Positions 8,912 through 17,137 of a stretch of DNA of 30,775 bases are shown piece by piece. The position numbers and the translations under genes are program-made. The notes beneath the pieces were generated by a model. It saw nothing but the letters and a program-made list of their open reading frames with translations, was not told the origin of the DNA and ran no database searches. The number at the start of each line of letters is the position of its first letter. Position 1 is the first letter of the stretch. The stretch is from Candidatus Jordarchaeia archaeon (lineage in GTDB: Archaea; Asgardarchaeota; Jordiarchaeia; Jordiarchaeales; Jordiarchaeaceae), in contig JAHQXB010000122.1 in the NCBI GenBank assembly GCA_029856435.1, positions 1 to 30,775 on the forward strand, given 5' to 3'.

Positions 8912-9640
8912 ATGCGTGTTATACCAGTAATGGATGTGTTGAAAGGAGAAGTTGTTCAGGCAATTAGGGGGGAACGGCAGAAATATCAGCCAGTAAAAAC
9001 AGTTCTCTCAGCCTCCTCAAAACCCCTGGATGTAGCCCTAGCCTTCCAAGAGATTTATGGTTTCGATGAGCTCTACCTAGCGGATTTGGACGCCATACAA
9101 GGATTAGGCTCAAATATCGAAACAATCAAACAAATATCCAGTAGAACCGACTTGAAACTAATTGTAGATGCGGGAACAAACAATCCCAAGGATGCCAAGC
9201 TAATTTTGGAAGCCGGCGCACAAAAAGTTATTGTAGCCACAGAAACACTAGAATCAGTCAAACAGTTAGAAGAATGCATAAAAGCTTTAGGAAGACAAAA
9301 AATCGTAGGAAGCCTAGATTACAAAGAGGGAAAAATTCTCACAAAAGCTGCAGATTTAATAAAACTAAATCCAGTTCAGGCAGCAGAAATATTCGAGAGG
9401 GCAGACGTCAGTGAAATTATTTTCTTAGAGCTCTCCAAGGTGGGAACCCTCCAAGGAGTAGAAAGGGAAACTCTAAAAGAATTAATTGAATCAGTCAACA
9501 TACCAATCTTAACTGGAGGAGGAATAGAAAGCATACAAGAAGTGATCGACTTGCAAAAAATCGGAGTAGCAGGAGTTCTCATTGCCACAGCACTCCACAA
9601 AGGAAAAATCCGCCCCGAAGACCTACAAAAAATAACATAG
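8912..9640 (+). CDS. HisA/HisF-related TIM-barrel protein associated with C1 (methanofuran/H4MPT) gene clusters
   Basis: RVIPVMDVLKGEVVQAIRGERQKYQP, ELYLADLDAI, VDAG, IVATETL, GSLDYK, LTGGGI, VLIATALHKG. It is divergent from mfnD. Alternative start ATG 8900. Confidence 0.85.
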   Translation: MRVIPVMDVLKGEVVQAIRGERQKYQPVKTVLSASSKPLDVALAFQEIYGFDELYLADLDAIQGLGSNIETIKQISSRTDLKLIVDAGTNNPKDAKLILEAGAQKVIVATETLESVKQLEECIKALGRQKIVGSLDYKEGKILTKAADLIKLNPVQAAEIFERADVSEIIFLELSKVGTLQGVERETLKELIESVNIPILTGGGIESIQEVIDLQKIGVAGVLIATALHKGKIRPEDLQKIT

Positions 9641-9784
9641 AAACAGAAAAATTCGAAAATCCAAAGAAGACATGTCTCTATACTGTACTAAGCTTCAAGC
9701 AACAATTAACGGCAAGTTTTGACGAGTCAAAACCTTGTTTTGTGACTTCAATATTCTTATTAAAAATGTGTATAATTCACATAA

Positions 9785-10109
9785 GTGGTGTACAAAACTG
9801 GCGAGAAGACCATGTCTGTGAGGTTCGATTCTGAACTATATGAGGAGACTGGAATATGTTCGGGAAAAGGACATACCCAAAACGAGGATACTCCGGGAAT
9901 TGACAAAAGAGGGAGTTGGGAGGTGGAGGCTAACAAAGGCTTTATCCCTCTACAAGGATGGGAAAATAACCATTTGAAGGGCGTTGCAAATAGCGGGAAT
10001 TCCCCCCTGAAAAATAGTTGAGATTGCTGCCTCCGAAAAGATACCCATTCACATCTCGGAAGAGGATTTGGAAAGGGACTTCAAAGCCTTGTTCGGTGAA
10101 ACCCTTTGA
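9785..10109 (+). pseudogene. UPF0175-family antitoxin pseudogene
   Basis: Reads MSVRFDSELYEE, then a frameshift near 9848, then LEYVREKDIPKTRILRELTKEGVGRWRLTKALSLYKDGKITI*RALQIAGIPP*KIVEIAASEKIPIHISEEDLERDFKALFGETL*. Internal TGA at 9975-9977 and 10008-10010. The stop overlaps the next TTG (TTGA). Confidence 0.75.
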
Positions 10110-11023
10110 AGGTGGTACTCAACGCGAGTCCCTTTATTTATCGGTGATGTAGAATCGTTCGATTTCGCCTCAAAAAGGGGGTGTTTATAGGGCTTCTTTC
10201 ACGATTTGGAGCCTTATTAGGGAGATGGAATTGAATAAATCTGCATCACCTTATTTATCTTGAAAAAAAGATAAGAATGGATATTCTGAGAATTGTTTTT
10301 GAAAAGAGTATTATTCCCCTTCTGACCCAGCATTAACCTAGGTAACCTGTCCTCCTCCCTCAAGTTTCATGGATGCTTTCTCCCGGGGAACGGTTGAAGC
10401 AGGCACATCTCTCTCCTGCTTTAGGTGGGGGGACGGCCCCAGTTGTGGCTCTGCCCTCTTTTGAGCTTTTTCGAACTTCTCGCATTCCGGGCCTGGCTGG
10501 AATCGGCTGCCCGACACGTGTGTGTATGGTTGTTTTTTTTAAGGCAATGATGGGTTTAATGGTTTTTCTTTAACGTTAACTGTTGGAAGTTAACAAACTC
10601 TATTCTAAATGGAAGCAGTTTTAACACTCAAGGTTGAAGAAGAAATAATGAAATCGCTGACAGCATCGAAGCTACGCAGTTACAAGAAGCCATCAAAGAG
10701 GGGTGGATAACGGTGAAAGTGGCTTCTGAAGATCAGTCGGCGCACATTGCAATCATGCTTCTTGAGTTAGATAGGGGGAAGCTGCAGCCATAGCATTGAC
10801 AATTGAGAAGCAGACAGAGGGTGTTGTGATAGATGATAGTGGAGCAAGAGTGGCAGCAGAATATTTTAGGCTGAAGGTTTATGGAAATCTATACATCATT
10901 CTAGAGGTATTTAAACGCAAAATTCTGAAATCCAAAGCCGAAATAAGAAGCATGGTGGACAACATGCTGAAAAGAGGCTTTTACCTCCCTACAGAAATCT
11001 ACGCAAGATTTCTAAACCTCTAG
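10106..11023 (+). pseudogene. DUF3368 PIN-domain toxin pseudogene, split by an insert and frameshifted
   Basis: N-terminus MKVVLNASPFIY (10106-10141). It resumes after ~10567 with LLEVNKLYSK, QEAIKEGWITVK and ELDRG, then a frameshift, then EAAAIALTIEKQTEGVVIDDSGARVAAEYFRLKVYG...RGFYLPTEIYARFLNL. The ORF track 10796..11023 is only the last fragment. Confidence 0.75.
10144..10566 (-). mobile_element. ~420 bp foreign insert, possibly a decayed IS5/IS1182-like transposase fragment
   Basis: It interrupts the PIN gene. The minus strand (10470 to 10325) reads KLKRGQSHNWGRPPT*SRREMCLLQPF...LREEDRLPRLMLG, loosely like the DUF772 N-terminus (GRPP...LLQ...DRL..R.FLG). No terminal inverted repeats or target duplication were found, and boundaries are approximate. 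Confidence 0.3.
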
Positions 11024-11119
11024 ACAAAGTTAGATGAATTTAAGGCTCATGTAGTCTATATATGTCGCTTCTGAATTTTGAAGAAAGTTATTTTAAAGGG
11101 TAATTATAACTATAGTGGT

Positions 11120-11548
11120 ATGGTTGAGTGTTTGTTTTGTAGAATTCTCAGAGGAGAGATAGAATCCAAAAAGGTCTACGAGGATGAAAACAATATAGCT
11201 ATACTTGACATCAATCCTCGAATGCATGAATGTCAAGTGCTGGTTATCCCTAAAACGCATGTTAAACAATTTTACGAGTTAAGCGACGAAGAGAACGCTA
11301 GTCTCTTCAAAGCCGTCAAAGAAGTAGCAATAATGATTAACAAAGCTTACAATCCAGATTTCGTATCCCTCTTTAGTCGAGGGATGGGTGTTCCCCACGC
11401 CCACATACTTGTGAGCCCCGCTTGGAGAAATGACATTATACTCACCGGATTTATGCTGAACCGCATGAACATATTTTTCAACGCAGGAGTCTCACCCCAG
11501 GCGCTTGACACTATAGCCGAAAAATTGAAGAACGCCAAGGGCCCCTAG
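11120..11548 (+). CDS. HIT-family nucleotide hydrolase/transferase with a divergent triad
   Basis: CLFCRIL, KVYEDE, ILDINP, LVIPKTHV. The motif is VPHAHIL rather than HxHxH. ATG 11120 is preferred over TTG 11078. Confidence 0.85.
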   Translation: MVECLFCRILRGEIESKKVYEDENNIAILDINPRMHECQVLVIPKTHVKQFYELSDEENASLFKAVKEVAIMINKAYNPDFVSLFSRGMGVPHAHILVSPAWRNDIILTGFMLNRMNIFFNAGVSPQALDTIAEKLKNAKGP

Positions 11549-11628
11549 AAAAAGGGTTTTGCGACCCAAACATAGCAGCCCAAAAAAATTTGGGAAATAT
11601 GGGCCTTAAAACCCACTTAGTAAACTTT

Positions 11629-12384
11629 TCAAATCATGGAGTATCCTCCACTGACACTAATGGTTTGGCCTGTTATCCAACTTGAGACATCGGATACCAG
11701 GAAGGCTACGGCGTTTGCTATATCTGTGGGCTCCCCCAATCTTCGAATTGCGTAAGCCTTCAACATGTTCTTAACTATATCAGGGTTAGAGATTAGCGGT
11801 TCAACCAGTGGTGTTTTCGTTGTTCCAGGGGATACTACGTTAACATTTATCATGTATCGTCCCAACTCTTTAGCTAGAGCTTTGGAGAACCCTATTATGA
11901 AGGCTTTAGCACCGGAGTAAACCGCAAAGTAGGGCTCACCTACTCTGCCGGCGTCTGAAGCTATGCTCACGATTTTTCCATACTTTCTCTCAATCATATG
12001 TTTAATTACTGCCTTGCAACAGTTAAGAACTCCATAAATATTCACTTTTATGTCGGGCTCCCAGCTTTTCCTATCAAGGTCTGCGAAAAGGCCAAAGGCT
12101 CCTACTCCAGCATTGTTAACCAGAATGTCGATTTTTCCGAACTCCTTCAAAGTGTTCTCAACCATGCTGTTAACCGCTTCCCAACTGGTAATATCCACCT
12201 TTGCCTCCAAAGCCTTTACCCCTAGGGATCTTACCTCGCTTGCTACACTCTTTATCTTCCCTTCGTCAACATCATTTATCACAATATTGGCTCCCTCGCC
12301 AGCGAGAGTCAATGCAATCTGCCTTCCTATTCCACTACCAGAGCCAGTAACTATCGCTACTTTTCCCTTCAAACCCAAATCCAA
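11629..12384 (-). CDS. Short-chain dehydrogenase/reductase (FabG/BadH-like)
   Basis: TGSGSGIG, DILVNNAG, SIASDAGRVG, catalytic YSGAK, VSPGTTKTPL. TTG 12384 (MDLGLKGKVAIVTG) is preferred; the ORF track start is 12399. Confidence 0.92.
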   Translation of the reverse strand: MDLGLKGKVAIVTGSGSGIGRQIALTLAGEGANIVINDVDEGKIKSVASEVRSLGVKALEAKVDITSWEAVNSMVENTLKEFGKIDILVNNAGVGAFGLFADLDRKSWEPDIKVNIYGVLNCCKAVIKHMIERKYGKIVSIASDAGRVGEPYFAVYSGAKAFIIGFSKALAKELGRYMINVNVVSPGTTKTPLVEPLISNPDIVKNMLKAYAIRRLGEPTDIANAVAFLVSDVSSWITGQTISVSGGYSMI

Positions 12385-12478
12385 AAACATCACATCCAAA
12401 ACCGAGTTGAATCACAATAGAGATTCCTCTGAATATATTAAACTATTGCCACAATTAGCTTTTCTAATTTTAGTGAGT

Positions 12479-13495
12479 TTATAGCTTGGAGTTTAGGTTT
12501 TTAATTATTTCTTCAGCTTCTTGAACTATTCTCTCAACTAGAACTTTGACAGGCAATATTTCATCTATCAGACCCGCCACTTGACCTGCTGCCACAAATC
12601 CGTTTTCCATATTTCCCTCAATGGTGTTCCTTACACCCTCCCAGGCATAATTGGAGGCATCCACGCCTTTACTCATCAATTCCTGTAGCTTAAGCGAGAA
12701 TTCGGTTTTTAACTGTCTGCAGGGTCCATAAGGCATAATAGTTATCAAAGTATCTTTCTCCGAAGCCTTAAGAATCCTCTCCTTATAGTCTCGATGAAAT
12801 TCACACTCCTCGGTAGCTATGAAGCGGGTTCCCATTTGGATCCCCACAGCGCCCAAAGCAAGGGCAGCCACCAGTCCCGCTCCATCACAAAATCCCCCCG
12901 CCGCAATTACCGGAGTCTTCACCGCTTTAACAACTCCTCTCACCAAAACCAGTGTAGTTATGGGATATTCATAACTTACAACTCCCCCTCCTTCTGTCCC
13001 CGACGCAATTATAAAGTCGACCCCAGCTCTCTGCGCGGTTTTGGCGTGTTGAATGGTGGGAACAATATGCATACACAAAAGTCCTACATCCTTAATGGAT
13101 TTAATTAGCACAGCAGGGTCGCCCGCCGAGGTCACAATCGCCTTCAACTTTCTACGGGTTTTAGGGTTGGATTCCAACTCTTCCTTTACTACATCCAGAT
13201 AATCTCTCGCTAGGGGAATAGCATGCTTAAGTGTGGGAATGTTTACTGCAAAGGCAGCGCCCGAAATTGTTGAATCTGTTATTTCCCGTATGATTGCTCT
13301 CAACCCCTCTTTATGATCAATTTTTTCCTTGAGGAGACCCATTTTCTGAAAGGTGAAACCCGCAGTTGTGAGCGTACCCAACCCACCCGCATTGGAAACA
13401 GCAGTAGCCAACTTAACAGTAGTGTATGGAGCCATAGCGCCCTGAATAAGAGGATACTTAATTCCCAAAGAATCACAAAGCACAGTCTTCAACAA
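12479..13495 (-). CDS. Nitronate monooxygenase / FabK-like flavin oxidoreductase
   Basis: YPLIQGAMA, AVSNAGGLGTL, GTEGGG, PVIAAGGFCDGAGLVAALALGAVGIQMGTRFIATEE, AGQVAGLIDEI. Confidence 0.9.
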   Translation of the reverse strand: MLKTVLCDSLGIKYPLIQGAMAPYTTVKLATAVSNAGGLGTLTTAGFTFQKMGLLKEKIDHKEGLRAIIREITDSTISGAAFAVNIPTLKHAIPLARDYLDVVKEELESNPKTRRKLKAIVTSAGDPAVLIKSIKDVGLLCMHIVPTIQHAKTAQRAGVDFIIASGTEGGGVVSYEYPITTLVLVRGVVKAVKTPVIAAGGFCDGAGLVAALALGAVGIQMGTRFIATEECEFHRDYKERILKASEKDTLITIMPYGPCRQLKTEFSLKLQELMSKGVDASNYAWEGVRNTIEGNMENGFVAAGQVAGLIDEILPVKVLVERIVQEAEEIIKNLNSKL

Positions 13496-13576
13496 TTAGT
13501 CATACCTCCAGTACAACATAAGCCAAAGCTAACTTTTATAAGATTAATTGTTGTGTCGTCTCCACTGGTGATTTAC

Positions 13577-14446
13577 TTGAAAATACTGGGATTAGTTGGT
13601 AGCTACCGCAAGTTGGGAAACACCGAGGTACTTGTTAGGGAAGCTTTAATGAGCGCAGCCGAAATGGGCGCAGAAGTAGAAATGCTCAGACTAACAGACC
13701 TTAACATTAAACCCTGCAAAGGCTGCATGGCCTGCATCTTTAAAAAAGCAGATTGCAAAATAGAAGATGACGCCAACTTCTTCTTCTCAAAAATCTTTGA
13801 AGCTGACGGAATAATCCTAGGATCACCAATCTACATCTTTGGGCCAGTAGGCACAATAAAGATGATCCAAGACCGATTCTTACAAATCTCCACAAAAATA
13901 GACAAACTCAAAAACAAAGTAGGAGCCATAATTGCCATTGGAGGAGCTCCGGGAGCTGAAGGAACCATCATGCCCGGACTCGCCAGTTTCTTCAGCTTCC
14001 TCGGAATCCCGGTTGTGGATCAAATGCTGGTTTACTCCCACGGTCCAGGCGAGATTCTACTCCACGAGGACGCCGTTGAAAAGGCAAACAAGATAGGACG
14101 AGAACTCGTGGAAGCCCTTCAAGACGAACAGGCCAAAACCAAGTACATTGAAGGGTCGGGTGTTTGTCCAATGTGTCACCAAAACTTTCTGGTATTGAAG
14201 GAAGGGGTCTTGGAGTGCGGTCTCTGCCACATTAAAGCAACCCCCAAAATAGAGGGGGGCAAGCTCATTCTGGAATTCGGCAAAACAGAATTGAAGAAGG
14301 GAGAAGAGATACAGGAAGCAATCGCAGACCACATCAAAAACCTCTCCGAAACCGGAGTAAAGTACATTAAGCTCAAAGACGAAATCGACAAAAGAAAAGA
14401 AAAATACAGAAACTTCCCAGTTAAAGAGGTGAAACCGTACTCTTAG
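13577..14446 (+). CDS. Iron-sulfur flavoprotein / flavodoxin-fold NAD(P)H-FMN reductase with a C-terminal CxxC...CxxC domain
   Basis: MKILGLVGSYRKLGNT, CKGCMAC....C cluster motif, DGIILGSPIY, plus CPMC and CGLC. TTG 13577 has GGTGA upstream; the track extension to 13313 overlaps the opposite-strand gene. Confidence 0.88.
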   Translation: MKILGLVGSYRKLGNTEVLVREALMSAAEMGAEVEMLRLTDLNIKPCKGCMACIFKKADCKIEDDANFFFSKIFEADGIILGSPIYIFGPVGTIKMIQDRFLQISTKIDKLKNKVGAIIAIGGAPGAEGTIMPGLASFFSFLGIPVVDQMLVYSHGPGEILLHEDAVEKANKIGRELVEALQDEQAKTKYIEGSGVCPMCHQNFLVLKEGVLECGLCHIKATPKIEGGKLILEFGKTELKKGEEIQEAIADHIKNLSETGVKYIKLKDEIDKRKEKYRNFPVKEVKPYS

Positions 14447-14742
14447 GGGGAAATAGAGAGTTATTAAATGCAATTTGAGATGACAGCTACTCCTTATTCT
14501 AACTTGAGTTTAAAGCTGCAAATTGAGATACTGAATGGTTCCCGTGGAAAAGTTGTTTGGAACATATGTTCTAAAAAACTGAAGCGAGAAGCCACCGTCA
14601 AAACATTCAACAAGACCTGTCGACCCTAATTTCCAAAAGTGAGGGGAAAGATCAAAAGGGCGGGAGAATATTTTCAGAAGAATTTAATAGAATAGCGAAG
14701 GTGAGGCAATAATTGGGAGGTTTGCCACTGCAATAAGACTTT

Positions 14743-14765
14743 TATTAGGGGGTGTACCCCTAATA
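14743..14765. repeat. Perfect 9-bp inverted repeat
   Basis: TATTAGGGG-gtgta-CCCCTAATA, intergenic, ~220 bp upstream of the first membrane gene. Confidence 0.6.
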
Positions 14766-14985
14766 TTTTAAGATGTTTGTCATATAAGTTGTAGCATGGC
14801 CATTCTTGGAGGATGGTTGTATGAGGTGGAAACCGGTAACAGTGTTAGAGTGCCTTTTTTTACTATTTTGTTCGGTTTTGATGGTGCGGAACCTCTCATC
14901 AACTTCTTCAAACAGGGGATATGATGATTTTTGGTGGCAATCGTCTATGGCTGAGAAGAGTTTTGAGCTGTGAAGGGTAGGAGGG

Positions 14986-15876
14986 TTGGAAATGCATAGT
15001 AGAAGGAATACTAAGGGTATAATTGGGAGCTTGCTGGGAATCGGGGTGTCTATTGCGGGTTTTGTAGAGACTATGACTGTCATTGTTTTTATGTCGGATC
15101 TTATGAGCTATGCAGCCTTAGTAAACTTTGTGGCGGGTTTTCCTATTCCCTTTTTTGGCTTGTCCGTTTACAACGGTCTTATCGTCGGCTTGGCGGTGCC
15201 CTATCCTAATTCAGTAAACTGGCTTGTGGCGGTGTCAATTTTATTTGTGGTGGTCCTGGTTGTGTTCGCTGTCATGATTGGTCTAGGTTTTAGAAGTTAT
15301 GGTCGGTCCGAGTTTTCTGCCTTCGGTGCTACTGTTATTCTAAAGAGGGGAATTGAAAGTTCCCTCTACTTGGCGTTTAGCTTCCTTGGAGCATTAATCG
15401 CTGGAGCTGCAATACTTGCTGGTGTAATATTCCAGAATACAGTTGTTTATAATTTTTTGAGGATACCGGGTTTAACAGAGATATTTACACCAATACGCAT
15501 ACCTGAGTTCCTGTACACTTGGATTGGAATGGCGGTTCTGGGTGTGGTGCTAATTATATTGGGTGCTGCGACCTTACGCGTAAGAGATTTGGTTTACTGG
15601 AGGGATCTGGCTACGGTTGCGGGGGCACTGAGCGTTATGGGTGGGGTGGTGTTTGGTCTACATCTTTTGGTGAGTGTACTTTACTCTGTGCAATTGGCTT
15701 CTTTCTGGAATCAGCTGTTAATAGCCTTGTTTTACCCTATGGGTGCTAGCATGACCAGCGCAGTTCTCAGCAGTTTTGAATTCTCCAACATTCTTTCAAT
15801 AGTGGGCTTCGGTATTTTACTGGTGGTGTCTTTCCTCTGGACAAGAATTTTCCTAGCCTCCACTTCCGACAAATAA
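14986..15876 (+). CDS. Hypothetical polytopic membrane protein (paralogue 1)
   Basis: 296 aa with about 6-8 hydrophobic segments. Alignable by eye to 16142..17002. Confidence 0.8.
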   Translation: MEMHSRRNTKGIIGSLLGIGVSIAGFVETMTVIVFMSDLMSYAALVNFVAGFPIPFFGLSVYNGLIVGLAVPYPNSVNWLVAVSILFVVVLVVFAVMIGLGFRSYGRSEFSAFGATVILKRGIESSLYLAFSFLGALIAGAAILAGVIFQNTVVYNFLRIPGLTEIFTPIRIPEFLYTWIGMAVLGVVLIILGAATLRVRDLVYWRDLATVAGALSVMGGVVFGLHLLVSVLYSVQLASFWNQLLIALFYPMGASMTSAVLSSFEFSNILSIVGFGILLVVSFLWTRIFLASTSDK

Positions 15877-16141
15877 AAAATTTTCATTTTTTTCCTCGTA
15901 AGAAGAGAACAATTTGTGAATCAGAAATCGGTAGGAAGTATGGTAAAACCGTCAAAAAAGAGGTTTCCTTTTTGTATTGCCTCTAAAGTTAGGTTTTTAG
16001 GTGTAAATAAGGCACGTTTATCCTAGGGTTTTTACTAACCTGTCTAAAAAAAGGGTACATCTTGGAGGATGGATTGGATGAAATTGCAGCTACATCCAAC
16101 TAGTCCTTAACCCTTCCGATAAAAAGAGTACAGGCATAAAG

Positions 16142-17002
16142 GTGGTTGGAAAAGTGTCGGGGAAAAATGTTTCTAGTTTAATTGGTGGCGTATCTGGTGC
16201 AATTGCAGGAGGCATAGGCATACTGTGGTGTATACCACTTTGGAACTTTATACTTGCCATCAACAATTATCATAATGCATTGGCACTCTCTTGGTACCTT
16301 TTAGCTCCGTATCCTTCGACGACTTATTTGGCTTACATAGGTTTAATATCAACCATGCTAGTTCCGTACCCGTCAAACACTATGATTCTGATGTTCTCCA
16401 CCCTGTTAGCGGTGCTACTGATTGTTTCTGGTGTCTTGACTGCACATGGCTTTCACGCTTCTTTCTTGAAAAGTGAAGGTGTTTCGAGCATTTTTCCTGT
16501 GGTTACGGGTGCCGGCTTCAGCTTAGTCTCGGGAATACTCATCGTCCTTGGTTTTGTGTCGCAGAGAACTGTGTTTGAAATTAATTACTGGATTGCCTAT
16601 GATGTTGTAGGAGCCACTCCGCTCAGACTTCCAGTAATCTCACTGGTTTGGTTGGGATTAGCCTTTCTAGGTATTGCTATGATTAGTCTAGGTTGGATAG
16701 GCATAAAGTACCGCGAGCTGCATGGTAAAAGACTCCTTTATTTAGGGGGAGTTGCAAGCACTTTGGGGGGGCTGGCTTTACTGCCACATTTTCTTCTTCT
16801 AGTGTTCCTTCCCATCCATGACACATTCGTACCAAGCTATTTCCAAACTGCGACTTTTGGGACTACACTACCAAATACAGTCTTACAGGGAGTGCTTATA
16901 GGTTCAATACTTTCCCAAATCTTGTTCATAGTGGGATTCAGCCTATTGGTGGTAGCCTCCATTCTCTGGATAAAGGCTTCCCCAGCCTCCAGCAAACGTT
17001 AG
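16142..17002 (+). CDS. Hypothetical polytopic membrane protein (paralogue 2)
   Basis: 286 aa with the same helix order. Shares VPYP, W.G.A.LG...I.LG and IVGF.LL..S.LW with paralogue 1. Confidence 0.8.
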   Translation: MVGKVSGKNVSSLIGGVSGAIAGGIGILWCIPLWNFILAINNYHNALALSWYLLAPYPSTTYLAYIGLISTMLVPYPSNTMILMFSTLLAVLLIVSGVLTAHGFHASFLKSEGVSSIFPVVTGAGFSLVSGILIVLGFVSQRTVFEINYWIAYDVVGATPLRLPVISLVWLGLAFLGIAMISLGWIGIKYRELHGKRLLYLGGVASTLGGLALLPHFLLLVFLPIHDTFVPSYFQTATFGTTLPNTVLQGVLIGSILSQILFIVGFSLLVVASILWIKASPASSKR

Positions 17003-17137
17003 AGATATTCCTCACCCAAATTTTTTTCTTTTTTAGGTGGTTTAACTTCTTTTTTTGTCAGGGGGGCTTACCGTCAATTTTTTCTTTGTGTGAGGATTAG
17101 ATTTGTTGTGTTTTTGCTCGGATTTTGGGTTGGGTAG

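Noticed and set aside
10073-10090. AAGGGACTTCAAAGCCTT looks like a tRNA(Sec) UCA anticodon arm
   Set aside because: Only 4 bp pair. There is no acceptor stem or GTTC T-arm, and it lies in the antitoxin reading frame (ERDFKAL).
10316-10341. Minus-strand AATGCTG...CAGAAGGGG resembling the RNase P RNA 3' conserved region
   Set aside because: No matching 5' GAGGAAAGTCC/GAGGAAGTTCC P4 strand or P1 helix is present.
13313-13576. N-terminal extension of the Isf ORF
   Set aside because: It is the antisense shadow of the NMO gene; the family N-terminus begins at MKILG.
14468-14629. 53-aa ORF (MQFEMTATPYSNL...) after the Isf gene
   Set aside because: It has no motif and only a weak RBS, so it cannot be supported without homology or expression data.
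14760-15083. 107-aa minus-strand ORF
   Set aside because: It overlaps the start of the membrane gene on the opposite strand and has no recognisable features.
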